From NCBI GenBank assembly GCA_964016885.1, contig OZ024764.1, positions 62,001 through 126,000 of the forward strand: 64,000 nt of DNA, written 5' to 3'. Each line of letters starts with the position of its first letter. Positions within the stretch are counted from its first letter, which is position 1. Below the pieces are notes generated by a model. The model saw only the letters and a list, made by a program, of their open reading frames with translations. It had not been told where the DNA came from and did not search any database. Positions 31,169-46,100 of the stretch are shown here, one piece after another. This stretch comes from Eledone cirrhosa (taxonomy: Eukaryota). The position numbers and the translations under genes are program-made.

Positions 31169-34100
31169 CAGTTGACCTATACTAAAGGGCTTCACTGATA
31201 GGGTTATATGTTATAATTCCCCAGTTGACCTATACTAAAGGGCTTCACTGATAGGGTTATATGTTATAATTCCCCAGTTGACCTATACTAAAGGGCTTCA
31301 CTGATAGGGTTATATGTTATAATTCCCCAGTTGACCTATACTAAAGGGCTTCACTGATAGGGTTATATGTTATAATTCCCCAGTTGACCTATACTAAAGG
31401 GCTTCACTGATAGGGTTATATGTTATAATTCCCCAGTTGACCTATACTAAAGGGCTTCACTGATAGGGTTATATGTTATAATTCCCCAGTTGACCTATAC
31501 TAAAGGGCTTCACTGATAGGGTTATATGTTATAATTCCCCAGTTGACCTATACTAAGGGGCTTCACTGATAGGGTTATATGTTATAATTCCCCAGTTGAC
31601 CTATACTAAAGGGCTTCACTGATAGGGTTATATGTTATAATTCCCCAGTTGACCTATACTAAGGGGCTTCACTGATAGGGTTATATGTTATAATTCCCCA
31701 GTTGACCTATACTAAGGGGCTTCACTGATAGGGTTATACGTTATAATTCCCCAGTTGACCTATACTAAAGGGCTTCACTGATAGGGTTATACGTTATAAT
31801 TCCCCAGTTGACCTATACTAAAGGGCTTCACTGATAGGGTTATATGTTATAATACCCCAGTTGACCTATACTAAAGGGCTTCACTGATAGGGTTATACGT
31901 TATAATTCCCCAGTTGACCTATACTAAAGGGCTTCACTGATAGGGTTATATGTTATAATTCCCCAGTTGACCTATACTAAAGGGCTTCACTGATAGGGTT
32001 ATATGTTATAATTTCCCAGTTGGCCTATACTAAAGGGCTTCACTGATAGGGTTATATGTTATAATTCCCCAGTTGACCTATACTAAAGGGGTTCACTGAT
32101 AGGGTTATATGTTATAATTCCCCAGTTGACCTATACTAAAGGGCTTCACTGATAGGGTTATATGTTATAATTTCCCAGTTGACCTATACTAAAGGGCTTC
32201 ACTGATAGGTTTATATGTTATAATTTCCCAGTTGACCTATACTAAAGGGCTTCACTGATAGGGTTATGTGTTATAATTTCCCAGTTGACCTATACTAAAG
32301 GGCTTCACTGATAGGGTTATATGTTATAATTCCCCAGTTGACCTATACTAAAGGGCTTCACTGATAGGGTTATATGTGTTATAATTCCCCAGTTGACCTA
32401 TACTAAGGGGCTTCACTGATAGGGTTATATGTTATAATTCCCCAGTTGACCTATACTAAGGGGCTTCACTGATAGGGTTATATGTTATAATTCCCCAGTT
32501 GACCTATACTAAGGGGCTTCACTGATAGGGTTATATGTTATAATTCCCCAGTTGACCTATACTAAAGGGGCTTCACTGATAGGGTTATATGTTATAATTC
32601 CCCAGTTGACCTATACTAAAGGGGCTTCACTGATAGGGCTATATGTTATAATTCCCCAGTTGACCTATACTAAGGGGCTTCACTGATAGGGTTATATGTT
32701 ATAATTCCCCAGTTGACCTATACTAAAGGGGCTTCACTGATAGGGTTATATGTTATAATTCCCCAGTTGACCTATACTAAGGGGCTTCACTGATAGGGTT
32801 ATATGTTATAATTCCCCAGTTGACCTATACTAAAGGGCTTCACTGATAGGGTTATATGTTATAATTCCCCAGTTGACCTATACTAAAGGGTTTCACTGAT
32901 AGGGTTATATGTTATAATTCCCCAGTTGACCTATACTAAGGGGCTTCACTGATAGGGTTATATGTTATAATTCCCCAGTTGACCTATACTAAAGGGCTTC
33001 ACTGATAGGGCTATATGTTATAATTCCCCAGTTGACCTATACTAAAGGGCTTCACTGATAGGGCTATATGTTATAATTCCCCAGTTGACCTATACTAAAG
33101 GGCTTCACTGATAGGGCTATATGTTATAATTCCCCAGTTGACCTATACTAAAGGGCTTCACTGATAGGGTTATATGTTATAATTCCCCAGTTGACCTATA
33201 CTAAAGGACTTCACTGATAGGGCTATATGTTATAATTCCCCAGTTGACCTATACTAAAGGGGCTTCACTGATAGGGTTATATGTTATAATTCCCCAGTTG
33301 ACCTATACTAAAGGGGCTTCACTGATAGGGTTATATGTTATAATTCCCCAGTTGACCTATACTAAAGGGGCTTCACTGATAGGGTTATATGTTATAATTC
33401 CCCAGTTGACCTATACTAAAGGACTTCACTGATAGGGCTATATGTTATAATTCCCCAGTTGACCTATACTAAAGGGCTTCACTGATAGGGTTATATGTTA
33501 TAATTCCCCAGTTGACCTATACTAAAGGGCTTCACTGATAGGGTTATATGTTATAATTCCCCAGTTGACCTATACTAAAGGGCTTCACTGATAGGGTTAT
33601 ATGTTATAATTCCCCAGTTGACCTATACTAAAGGGCTTCACTGATAGGGTTATATGTTATAATTCCCCAGTTGACCTATACTAAAGGGCTTCACTGATAG
33701 GGCTATATGTTATAATTCCCCAGTTGACCTATACTAAAGGGCTTCACTGATAGGGTTATATGTTATAATTTCCCAGTTGACCTATACTAAAGGGCTTCAC
33801 TGATAGGGTTATATGTGTTATAATTCCCCAGTTGACCTATACTAAAGGGCTTCACTGATAGGGTTATATGTTATAATTCCCCAGTTGACCTATACTAAAG
33901 GGGCTTCACTGATAGGGTTATATGTTATAATTCCCCAGTTGACCTATACTAAAGGACTTCACTGATAGGGTTATATGTTATAATTCCCCAGTTGACCTAT
34001 ACTAAAGGGCTTCACTGATAGGGTTACATGTGTTATAATTCCCCAGTTGACCTATACTAAAGGGCTTCATTGATAGGGTTATATGTTATAATTCCCCAGT

Positions 34101-37100
34101 TGACCTATACTAAAGGGCTTCACTGATAGGGTTATATGTTATAATTCCCCAGTTGACCTATACTAAGGGGCTTCACTGATAGGGTTACATGTGTTATAAT
34201 TCCCCAGTTGACCTATACTAAAGGACTTCACTGATAGGGTTATATGTTATAATTCCCCAGTTGGCCTATACTAAGGGGCTTCACTGATAGGGTTACATGT
34301 GTTATAATTCCCCAGTTGACCTATACTAAGGGGCTTCACTGATAGGGTTATGTGTTATAATTCCCCAGTTGACCTATACTAAATGGCTTCACTGATAGGG
34401 TTATATGTTATAATTTCCCAGTTGACCTATACTAAAGGGCTTCACTGATAGGGTTATGTGTTATAATTCCCCAGTTGACCTATACTAAGGGGCTTCACTG
34501 ATAGGGTTACATGTGTTATAATTCCCCAGTTGACCTATACTAAGGGGCTTCACTGATAGGGTTATATGTTATAATTCCCCAGTTGACCTATACTAAATGG
34601 CTTCACTGATAGGGTTATATGTTATAATTTCCCAGTTGACCTATACTAAAGGGCTTCACTGATAGGGTTATGTGTTATAATTCCCCAGTTGACCTATACT
34701 AAAGGACTTCACTGATAGGGTTATATGTTATAATTCCCCAGTTGACCTATACTAAAGGGCTTCACTGATAGGGTTATATGTTATAATTCCCCAGTTGACC
34801 TATACTAAAGGACTTCACTGATAGGGTTATATGTTATAATTCCCCAGTTGACCTATACTAAAGGACTTCACTGATAGGGTTATATGTTATAATTCCCCAG
34901 TTGACCTATACTAAAGGGCTTCACTGATAGGGTTATATGTTATAATTCCCCAGTTGACCTATACTAAAGGACTTCACTGATAGGGTTATATGTTATAATT
35001 CCCCAGTTGACCTATACTAAAGGGCTTCACTGATAGGGTTATATGTTATAATTCCCCAGTTGACCTATACTAAAGGGCTTCACTGATAGGGTTATATGTT
35101 ATAATTCCCCAGTTGACCTATACTAAAGGGCTTCACTGATAGGGTTATATGTTATAATTCCCCAGTTGACCTATACTAAAGGGCTTCACTGATAGGGTTA
35201 TATGTTATAATTTCCCAGTTGACCTATACTAAAGGGCTTCACTGATAGGGTTATATGTTATAATTCCCCAGTTGACCTATACTAAAGGGCTTCACTGATA
35301 GGGTTATATGTTATAATTTCCCAGTTGACCTATACTAAAGGGCTTCACTGATAGGGTTATATGTTATAATTCCCCAGTTGACCTATACTAAAGGGCTTCA
35401 CTGATAGGGTTATATGTTATAATTCCCCAGTTGACCTATACTAAAGGGCTTCACTGATAGGGTTATATGTTATAATTCCCCAGTTGACCTATACTAAAGG
35501 GCTTCACTGATAGGGTTATATGTTATAATTTCCCAGTTGACCTATACTAAAGGGCTTCACTGATAGGGTTATATGTTATAATTCCCCAGTTGACCTATAC
35601 TAAAGGGCTTCACTGATAGGGTTATATGTTATAATTCCCCAGTTGACCTATACTAAAGGGCTTCACTGATAGGGTTATATGTTATAATTCCCCAGTTGAC
35701 CTATACTAAAGGGCTTCACTGATAAGGTTATATGTTATAATTCCCCAGTTGACCTATACTAAAGGGCTTCACTGATAGGGTTATATGTTATAATTCCCCA
35801 GTTGACCTATACTAAAGGGCTTCACTGATAGGGTTATATGTTATAATTCCCCAGTTGACCTATACTAAAGGGCTTCACTGATAGGGTTATATGTTATAAT
35901 TTCCCAGTTGACCTATACTAAAGGGCTTCACTGATAGGGTTATATGTTATAATTCCCCAGTTGACCTATACTAAAGGGCTTCACTGATAGGGTTATATGT
36001 TATAATTTCCCAGTTGACCTATACTAAAGGGCTTCACTGATAGGGTTATATGTTATAATTCCCCAGTTGACCTATACTAAAGGGCTTCACTGATAGGGTT
36101 ATATGTTATAATTCCCCAGTTGACCTATACTAAAGGGCTTCACTGATAGGGTTATATGTTATAATTCCCCAGTTGACCTATACTAAAGGGCTTCACTGAT
36201 AGGGTTATATGTTATAATTCCCCAGTTGACCTATACTAAGGGGCTTCACTGATAGGGTTATATGTTATAATTCCCCAGTTGACCTATACTAAGGGGCTTC
36301 ACTGATAGGGTTATACGTTATAATTCCCCAGTTGACCTATACTAAAGGGCTTCACTGATAGGGTTATACGTTATAATTCCCCAGTTGACCTATACTAAAG
36401 GGCTTCACTGATAGGGTTATATGTTATAATACCCCAGTTGACCTATACTAAAGGGCTTCACTGATAGGGTTATACGTTATAATTCCCCAGTTGACCTATA
36501 CTAAAGGGCTTCACTGATAGGGTTATATGTTATAATTCCCCAGTTGACCTATACTAAAGGGCTTCACTGATAGGGTTATATGTTATAATTTCCCAGTTGG
36601 CCTATACTAAAGGGCTTCACTGATAGGGTTATATGTTATAATTCCCCAGTTGACCTATACTAAAGGGGTTCACTGATAGGGTTATATGTTATAATTCCCC
36701 AGTTGACCTATACTAAAGGGCTTCACTGATAGGGTTATATGTTATAATTTCCCAGTTGACCTATACTAAAGGGCTTCACTGATAGGTTTATATGTTATAA
36801 TTTCCCAGTTGACCTATACTAAAGGGCTTCACTGATAGGGTTATGTGTTATAATTTCCCAGTTGACCTATACTAAAGGGCTTCACTGATAGGGTTATATG
36901 TTATAATTCCCCAGTTGACCTATACTAAAGGGCTTCACTGATAGGGTTATATGTGTTATAATTCCCCAGTTGACCTATACTAAGGGGCTTCACTGATAGG
37001 GTTATATGTTATAATTCCCCAGTTGACCTATACTAAGGGGCTTCACTGATAGGGTTATATGTTATAATTCCCCAGTTGACCTATACTAAGGGGCTTCACT

Positions 37101-40100
37101 GATAGGGTTATATGTTATAATTCCCCAGTTGACCTATACTAAAGGGGCTTCACTGATAGGGTTATATGTTATAATTCCCCAGTTGACCTATACTAAAGGG
37201 GCTTCACTGATAGGGCTATATGTTATAATTCCCCAGTTGACCTATACTAAGGGGCTTCACTGATAGGGTTATATGTTATAATTCCCCAGTTGACCTATAC
37301 TAAAGGGGCTTCACTGATAGGGTTATATGTTATAATTCCCCAGTTGACCTATACTAAGGGGCTTCACTGATAGGGTTATATGTTATAATTCCCCAGTTGA
37401 CCTATACTAAAGGGCTTCACTGATAGGGTTATATGTTATAATTCCCCAGTTGACCTATACTAAAGGGTTTCACTGATAGGGTTATATGTTATAATTCCCC
37501 AGTTGACCTATACTAAGGGGCTTCACTGATAGGGTTATATGTTATAATTCCCCAGTTGACCTATACTAAAGGGCTTCACTGATAGGGCTATATGTTATAA
37601 TTCCCCAGTTGACCTATACTAAAGGGCTTCACTGATAGGGCTATATGTTATAATTCCCCAGTTGACCTATACTAAAGGGCTTCACTGATAGGGCTATATG
37701 TTATAATTCCCCAGTTGACCTATACTAAAGGGCTTCACTGATAGGGTTATATGTTATAATTCCCCAGTTGACCTATACTAAAGGACTTCACTGATAGGGC
37801 TATATGTTATAATTCCCCAGTTGACCTATACTAAAGGGGCTTCACTGATAGGGTTATATGTTATAATTCCCCAGTTGACCTATACTAAAGGGGCTTCACT
37901 GATAGGGTTATATGTTATAATTCCCCAGTTGACCTATACTAAAGGGGCTTCACTGATAGGGTTATATGTTATAATTCCCCAGTTGACCTATACTAAAGGA
38001 CTTCACTGATAGGGCTATATGTTATAATTCCCCAGTTGACCTATACTAAAGGGCTTCACTGATAGGGTTATATGTTATAATTCCCCAGTTGACCTATACT
38101 AAAGGGCTTCACTGATAGGGTTATATGTTATAATTCCCCAGTTGACCTATACTAAAGGGCTTCACTGATAGGGTTATATGTTATAATTCCCCAGTTGACC
38201 TATACTAAAGGGCTTCACTGATAGGGTTATATGTTATAATTCCCCAGTTGACCTATACTAAAGGGCTTCACTGATAGGGCTATATGTTATAATTCCCCAG
38301 TTGACCTATACTAAAGGGCTTCACTGATAGGGTTATATGTTATAATTTCCCAGTTGACCTATACTAAAGGGCTTCACTGATAGGGTTATATGTGTTATAA
38401 TTCCCCAGTTGACCTATACTAAAGGGCTTCACTGATAGGGTTATATGTTATAATTCCCCAGTTGACCTATACTAAAGGGGCTTCACTGATAGGGTTATAT
38501 GTTATAATTCCCCAGTTGACCTATACTAAAGGACTTCACTGATAGGGTTATATGTTATAATTCCCCAGTTGACCTATACTAAAGGGCTTCACTGATAGGG
38601 TTACATGTGTTATAATTCCCCAGTTGACCTATACTAAAGGGCTTCATTGATAGGGTTATATGTTATAATTCCCCAGTTGACCTATACTAAAGGGCTTCAC
38701 TGATAGGGTTATATGTTATAATTCCCCAGTTGACCTATACTAAGGGGCTTCACTGATAGGGTTACATGTGTTATAATTCCCCAGTTGACCTATACTAAAG
38801 GACTTCACTGATAGGGTTATATGTTATAATTCCCCAGTTGGCCTATACTAAGGGGCTTCACTGATAGGGTTACATGTGTTATAATTCCCCAGTTGACCTA
38901 TACTAAGGGGCTTCACTGATAGGGTTATGTGTTATAATTCCCCAGTTGACCTATACTAAATGGCTTCACTGATAGGGTTATATGTTATAATTTCCCAGTT
39001 GACCTATACTAAAGGGCTTCACTGATAGGGTTATGTGTTATAATTCCCCAGTTGACCTATACTAAGGGGCTTCACTGATAGGGTTACATGTGTTATAATT
39101 CCCCAGTTGACCTATACTAAGGGGCTTCACTGATAGGGTTATATGTTATAATTCCCCAGTTGACCTATACTAAATGGCTTCACTGATAGGGTTATATGTT
39201 ATAATTTCCCAGTTGACCTATACTAAAGGGCTTCACTGATAGGGTTATGTGTTATAATTCCCCAGTTGACCTATACTAAAGGACTTCACTGATAGGGTTA
39301 TATGTTATAATTCCCCAGTTGACCTATACTAAAGGGCTTCACTGATAGGGTTATATGTTATAATTCCCCAGTTGACCTATACTAAAGGACTTCACTGATA
39401 GGGTTATATGTTATAATTCCCCAGTTGACCTATACTAAAGGACTTCACTGATAGGGTTATATGTTATAATTCCCCAGTTGACCTATACTAAAGGGCTTCA
39501 CTGATAGGGTTATATGTTATAATTCCCCAGTTGACCTATACTAAAGGACTTCACTGATAGGGTTATATGTTATAATTCCCCAGTTGACCTATACTAAAGG
39601 GCTTCACTGATAGGGTTATATGTTATAATTCCCCAGTTGACCTATACTAAAGGGCTTCACTGATAGGGTTATATGTTATAATTCCCCAGTTGACCTATAC
39701 TAAAGGGCTTCACTGATAGGGTTATATGTTATAATTCCCCAGTTGACCTATACTAAAGGGCTTCACTGATAGGGTTATATGTTATAATTTCCCAGTTGAC
39801 CTATACTAAAGGGCTTCACTGATAGGGTTATATGTTATAATTCCCCAGTTGACCTATACTAAAGGGCTTCACTGATAGGGTTATATGTTATAATTTCCCA
39901 GTTGACCTATACTAAAGGGCTTCACTGATAGGGTTATATGTTATAATTCCCCAGTTGACCTATACTAAAGGGCTTCACTGATAGGGTTATATGTTATAAT
40001 TCCCCAGTTGACCTATACTAAAGGGCTTCACTGATAGGGTTATATGTTATAATTCCCCAGTTGACCTATACTAAAGGGCTTCACTGATAGGGTTATATGT

Positions 40101-43100
40101 TATAATTTCCCAGTTGACCTATACTAAAGGGCTTCACTGATAGGGTTATATGTTATAATTCCCCAGTTGACCTATACTAAAGGGCTTCACTGATAGGGTT
40201 ATATGTTATAATTCCCCAGTTGACCTATACTAAAGGGCTTCACTGATAGGGTTATATGTTATAATTCCCCAGTTGACCTATACTAAAGGGCTTCACTGAT
40301 AAGGTTATATGTTATAATTCCCCAGTTGACCTATACTAAAGGGCTTCACTGATAGGGTTATATGTTATAATTCCCCAGTTGACCTATACTAAAGGGCTTC
40401 ACTGATAGGGTTATATGTTATAATTCCCCAGTTGACCTATACTAAAGGGCTTCACTGATAGGGTTATATGTTATAATTTCCCAGTTGACCTATACTAAAG
40501 GGCTTCACTGATAGGGTTATATGTTATAATTCCCCAGTTGACCTATACTAAAGGGCTTCACTGATAGGGTTATATGTTATAATTTCCCAGTTGACCTATA
40601 CTAAAGGGCTTCACTGATAGGGTTATATGTTATAATTCCCCAGTTGACCTATACTAAAGGGCTTCACTGATAGGGTTATATGTTATAATTCCCCAGTTGA
40701 CCTATACTAAAGGGCTTCACTGATAGGGTTATATGTTATAATTCCCCAGTTGACCTATACTAAAGGGCTTCACTGATAGGGTTATATGTTATAATTTCCC
40801 AGTTGACCTATACTAAAGGGCTTCACTGATAGGGTTATATGTTATAATTCCCCAGTTGACCTATACTAAAGGGCTTCACTGATAGGGTTATATGTTATAA
40901 TTCCCCAGTTGACCTATACTAAAGGGCTTCACTGATAGGGTTATATGTTATAATTCCCCAGTTGACCTATACTAAAGGGCTTCACTGATAGGGTTATATG
41001 TTATAATATCCCAGTTGACCTATACTAAAGGGCTTCACTGATAGGGTTATATGTTATAATTCCCCAGTTGACCTATACTAAAGGGCTTCACTGATAGGGT
41101 TATATGTTATAATTCCCCAGTTGACCTATACTAAAGGGCTTCACTGATAGGGTTATATGTTATAATTCCCCAGTTGACCTATACTAAAGGGCTTCACTGA
41201 TAGGGTTATATGTTATAATTTCCCAGTTGACCTATACTAAAGGGCTTCACTGATAGGGTTATATGTTATAATTCCCCAGTTGACCTATACTTAAGGGCTT
41301 CACTGATAGGGTTATATGTTATAATTTCCCAGTTGACCTATACTAAAGGGCTTCACTGATAGGGTTATATGTTATAATTCCCCAGTTGACCTATACTAAA
41401 GGGCTTCACTGATAGGGTTATATGTTATAATTCCCCAGTTGACCTATACTAAAGGGCTTCACTGATAGGGTTATATGTTATAATTCCCCAGTTGACCTAT
41501 ACTAAAGGGCTTCACTGATAGGGTTATATGTTATAATTTCCCAGTTGACCTATACTAAAGGGCTTCACTGATAGGGTTATATGTTATAATTCCCCAGTTG
41601 ACCTATACTAAAGGGCTTCACTGATAGGGTTATATGTTATAATTCCCCAGTTGACCTATACTAAAGGGCTTCACTGATAGGGTTATATGTTATAATTTCC
41701 CAGTTGACCTATACTAAAGGGCTTCACTGATAGGGTTATATGTTATAATTCCCCAGTTGACCTATACTAAAGGGCTTCACTGATAGGGTTATATGTTATA
41801 ATTCCCCAGTTGACCTATACTAAAGGGCTTCACTGATAGGGTTATATGTTATAATTCCCCAGTTGACCTATACTAAAGGGCTTCACTGATAGGGTTATAT
41901 GTTATAATTCCCCAGTTGACCTATACTAAAGGGCTTCACTGATAGGGTTATATGTTATAATTCCCCAGTTGACCTATACTAAAGGGCTTCACTGATAGGG
42001 TTATATGTTATAATTCCCCAGTTGACCTATACTAAAGGGCTTCACTGATAGGGATATATGTTATAATTTCCCAGTTGACCTATACTAAAGGGCTTCACTG
42101 ATAGGGTTATTTGTTATAATTCCCCAGTTGACCTATACTAAAGGGCTTCACTGATAGGGATATGTGTGTTATAATTCCCCAGTTGACCTATACTAAAGGG
42201 CTTCACTGATAGGGTTATATGTGTTATAATTCCCCAGTTGACCTATACTAAAGGGCTTCACTGATAGGGTTATATGTTATAATTTCCCAGTTGACCTATA
42301 CTAAAGGACTTCACTGATAGGGATATATGTTATAATTTCCCAGTTGACCTATACTAAAGGACTTCACTGATAGGGATATATGTTATAATTTCCCAGTTGA
42401 CCTATACTAAAGGTCTTCACTGATAGGGATATATGTTATAATTTCCCAGTTGACCTATACTAAAGGGCTTCACTGATAGGGTTATATGTTATAATTTCCC
42501 AGTTGACCTATACTAAAGGGCTTCACTGATAGGGTTATATGTTATAATTTCCCAGTTGACCTATACTAAAGGGCTTCACTGATAGGGATATATGTGTTAT
42601 AATTCCCCAGTTGACCTATACTAAAGGACTTCACTGATAGGGTTATATGTTATAATTCCCCAGTTGACCTATACTAAAGGTCTTCACTGATAGGGTTATA
42701 TGTTATAATTCCCCAGTTGACCTATACTAAAGGGCTTCACTGATAGGGTTATATGTTACAATTCCCCAGTTGACCTATACTAAAGGGTTTCACTGATAGG
42801 GTTATATGTTATAATTCCCCAGTTGACCTATACTAAAGGGCTTCACTGATAGGGTTATATGTTATAATTCCCTAGTTGACCTATACTAAAGGGCTTCACT
42901 GATAGGGTTATATGTTACAATTCCCCAGTTGACCTATACTAAAGGGTTTCACTGATAGGGTTATATGTTATAATTCCCCAGTTGACCTATACTAAAGGGC
43001 TTCACTGATAGGGTTATATGTTATAATTCCCCAGTTGACCTATACTAAAGGGCTTCACTGATAGGGTTATATGTTATAATTTCCCAGTTGACCTATACTA

Positions 43101-46100
43101 AAGGTCTTCACTGATAGGGTTATATGTTATAATTCCCCAGTTGACCTATACTAAAGGGCTTCACTGATAGGGTTATGTGTTATAATTTCCCAGTTGACCT
43201 ATACTAAAGGACTTCACTGATAGGGATATATGTTATAATTTCCCAGTTGACCTATACTAAAGGTCTTCACTGATAGGGATATATGTTATAATTTCCCAGT
43301 TGACCTATACTAAAGGGCTTCACTGATAGGGTTATATGTTATAATTTCCCAGTTGACCTATACTAAAGGTCTTCACTGATAGGGTTATATGTTATAATTC
43401 CCCAGTTGACCTATACTAAAGGGCTTCACTGATAGGGTTATTTGTTATAATTCCCCAGTTGACCTATACTAAAGGGCTTCACTGATAGGGTTATATGTTA
43501 TAATTCCCAGTTGACCTATACTAAAGGTCTTCACTGATAGGGTTATATGTTATAATTCCCTAGTTGACCTATACTAAAGGGCTTCACTGATAGGGTTATA
43601 TGTTATAATTCCCCAGTTGACCTATACTAAAGGGCTTCACTGATAGGGTTATATGTTATAATTTCCCAGTTGACCTATACTAAAGGTCTTCACTGATAGG
43701 GTTATATGTTATAATTCCCCAGTTGACCTATACTAAAGGGCTTCACTGATAGGGTTATGTGTTATAATTTCCCAGTTGACCTATACTAAAGGGCTTCACT
43801 GATAGGGTTATATGTTATAATTCCCCAGTTGACCTATACTAAAGGGCTTCACTGATAGGGTTATGTGTTATAATTCCCCAGTTGACCTATACTAAAGGGC
43901 TTCACTGATAGGGTTATGTGTTATAATTCCCCAGTTGACCTATACTAAAGGGCTTCACTGATAGGGTTACATGTTATAATTTCCCTATTGACCTATACTA
44001 AAGGGCTTCACTGATAGGGTTATATGTGTTATAATTCCCCAGTTGACCTATACTAAAGGGCTTCACTGATAGGGTTATATGTTATAATTCCCCAGTTGAC
44101 CTATACTAAAGGGCTTCACTGATAGGGTTATATGTTATAATTTCCCAGTTGACCTATACTAAAGGGCTTCACTGATAGGGTTATATGTGTTATAATTCCC
44201 CAGTTGACCTATACTAAAGGGCTTCACTGATAGGGTTATATGTGTTATAATTCCCTAGTTGACCTATACTAAAGGGCTTCACTGATAGGGTTATATGTGT
44301 TATAATTCCCCAGTTGACCTATACTAAAGGGCTTCACTGATAGGGTTATATGTTATAATTTCCCAGTTGACCTATACTAAAGGGCTTCACTGATAGGGTT
44401 ATATGTGTTATAATTTCCCAGTTGACCTATACTAAAGGGCTTCGCTGATAGGGTTATATGTGTTATAATTCCCCAGTTGACCTATACTAAAGGGCTTCAC
44501 TGATAGGGTTATATGTGTTATAATTCCCCAGTTGACCTATACTAAAGGGCTTCACTGATAGGGTTATATGTTATAATTTCCCAGTTGACCTATACTAAAG
44601 GGCTTCACTGATAGGGTTATATGTTATAATTCCCCAGTTGACCTATACTAAAGGGCTTCACTGATAGGGTTATATGTTATAATTCCCCAGTTGACCTATA
44701 CTAAAGGGCTTCACTGATAGGGTTATATGTTATAATTTCCCAGTTGACCTATACTAAAGGGCTTCACTGATAGGGTTATATGTTATAATTCCCCAGTTGA
44801 CCTATACTAAAGGGCTTCACTGATAGGGTTATATGTTATAATTTCCCCAGTTGACCTATACTAAAGGGCTTCACTGATAGGGTTATATGTTATAATTCCC
44901 CAGTTGACCTATACTAAAGGGCTTCACTGATAGGGTTATATGTTATAATTCCCCAGTTGACCTATACTAAAGGGCTTCACTGATAGGGTTATATGTTATA
45001 ATTCCCCAGTTGACCTATACTAAAGGGCTTCACTGATAGGGTTATATGTTATAATTTCCCAGTTGACCTATACTAAAGGGCTTCACTGATAGGGTTATAT
45101 GTTATAATTCCCCAGTTGACCTATACTAAAGGGCTTCACTGATAGGGTTATATGTTATAATTCCCCAGTTGACCTATACTAAAGGGCTTCACTGATAGGG
45201 TTATATGTTATAATTCCCCAGTTGACCTATACTAAAGGGCTTCACTGATAAGGTTATATGTTATAATTCCCCAGTTGACCTATACTAAAGGGCTTCACTG
45301 ATAGGGTTATATGTTATAATTCCCCAGTTGACCTATACTAAAGGGCTTCACTGATAGGGTTATATGTTATAATTCCCCAGTTGACCTATACTAAAGGGCT
45401 TCACTGATAGGGTTATATGTTATAATTTCCCAGTTGACCTATACTAAAGGGCTTCACTGATAGGGTTATATGTTATAATTCCCCAGTTGACCTATACTAA
45501 AGGGCTTCACTGATAGGGTTATATGTTATAATTTCCCAGTTGACCTATACTAAAGGGCTTCACTGATAGGGTTATATGTTATAATTCCCCAGTTGACCTA
45601 TACTAAAGGGCTTCACTGATAGGGTTATATGTTATAATTCCCCAGTTGACCTATACTAAAGGGCTTCACTGATAGGGTTATATGTTATAATTCCCCAGTT
45701 GACCTATACTAAAGGGCTTCACTGATAGGGTTATATGTTATAATTTCCCAGTTGACCTATACTAAAGGGCTTCACTGATAGGGTTATATGTTATAATTCC
45801 CCAGTTGACCTATACTAAAGGGCTTCACTGATAGGGTTATATGTTATAATTCCCCAGTTGACCTATACTAAAGGGCTTCACTGATAGGGTTATATGTTAT
45901 AATTCCCCAGTTGACCTATACTAAAGGGCTTCACTGATAGGGTTATATGTTATAATATCCCAGTTGACCTATACTAAAGGGCTTCACTGATAGGGTTATA
46001 TGTTATAATTCCCCAGTTGACCTATACTAAAGGGCTTCACTGATAGGGTTATATGTTATAATTCCCCAGTTGACCTATACTAAAGGGCTTCACTGATAGG

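Noticed and set aside
31192-31203. TCACTGATAGGG(A) in the satellite matches about two thirds of the tet operator
   Set aside because: The other half-site is absent and the units show natural variant structure with no vector sequence; coincidence.
31172-31217. TTGACC and TATAAT in each satellite unit as a sigma70 promoter
   Set aside because: Spacing is 34 nt rather than ~17, and the DNA is eukaryotic.
31195-31230. CTGATAG in the satellite as a hammerhead core; TAGGGTTA as telomere repeat
   Set aside because: Not CUGANGA and no GAAA follows; there is no tandem TTAGGG.
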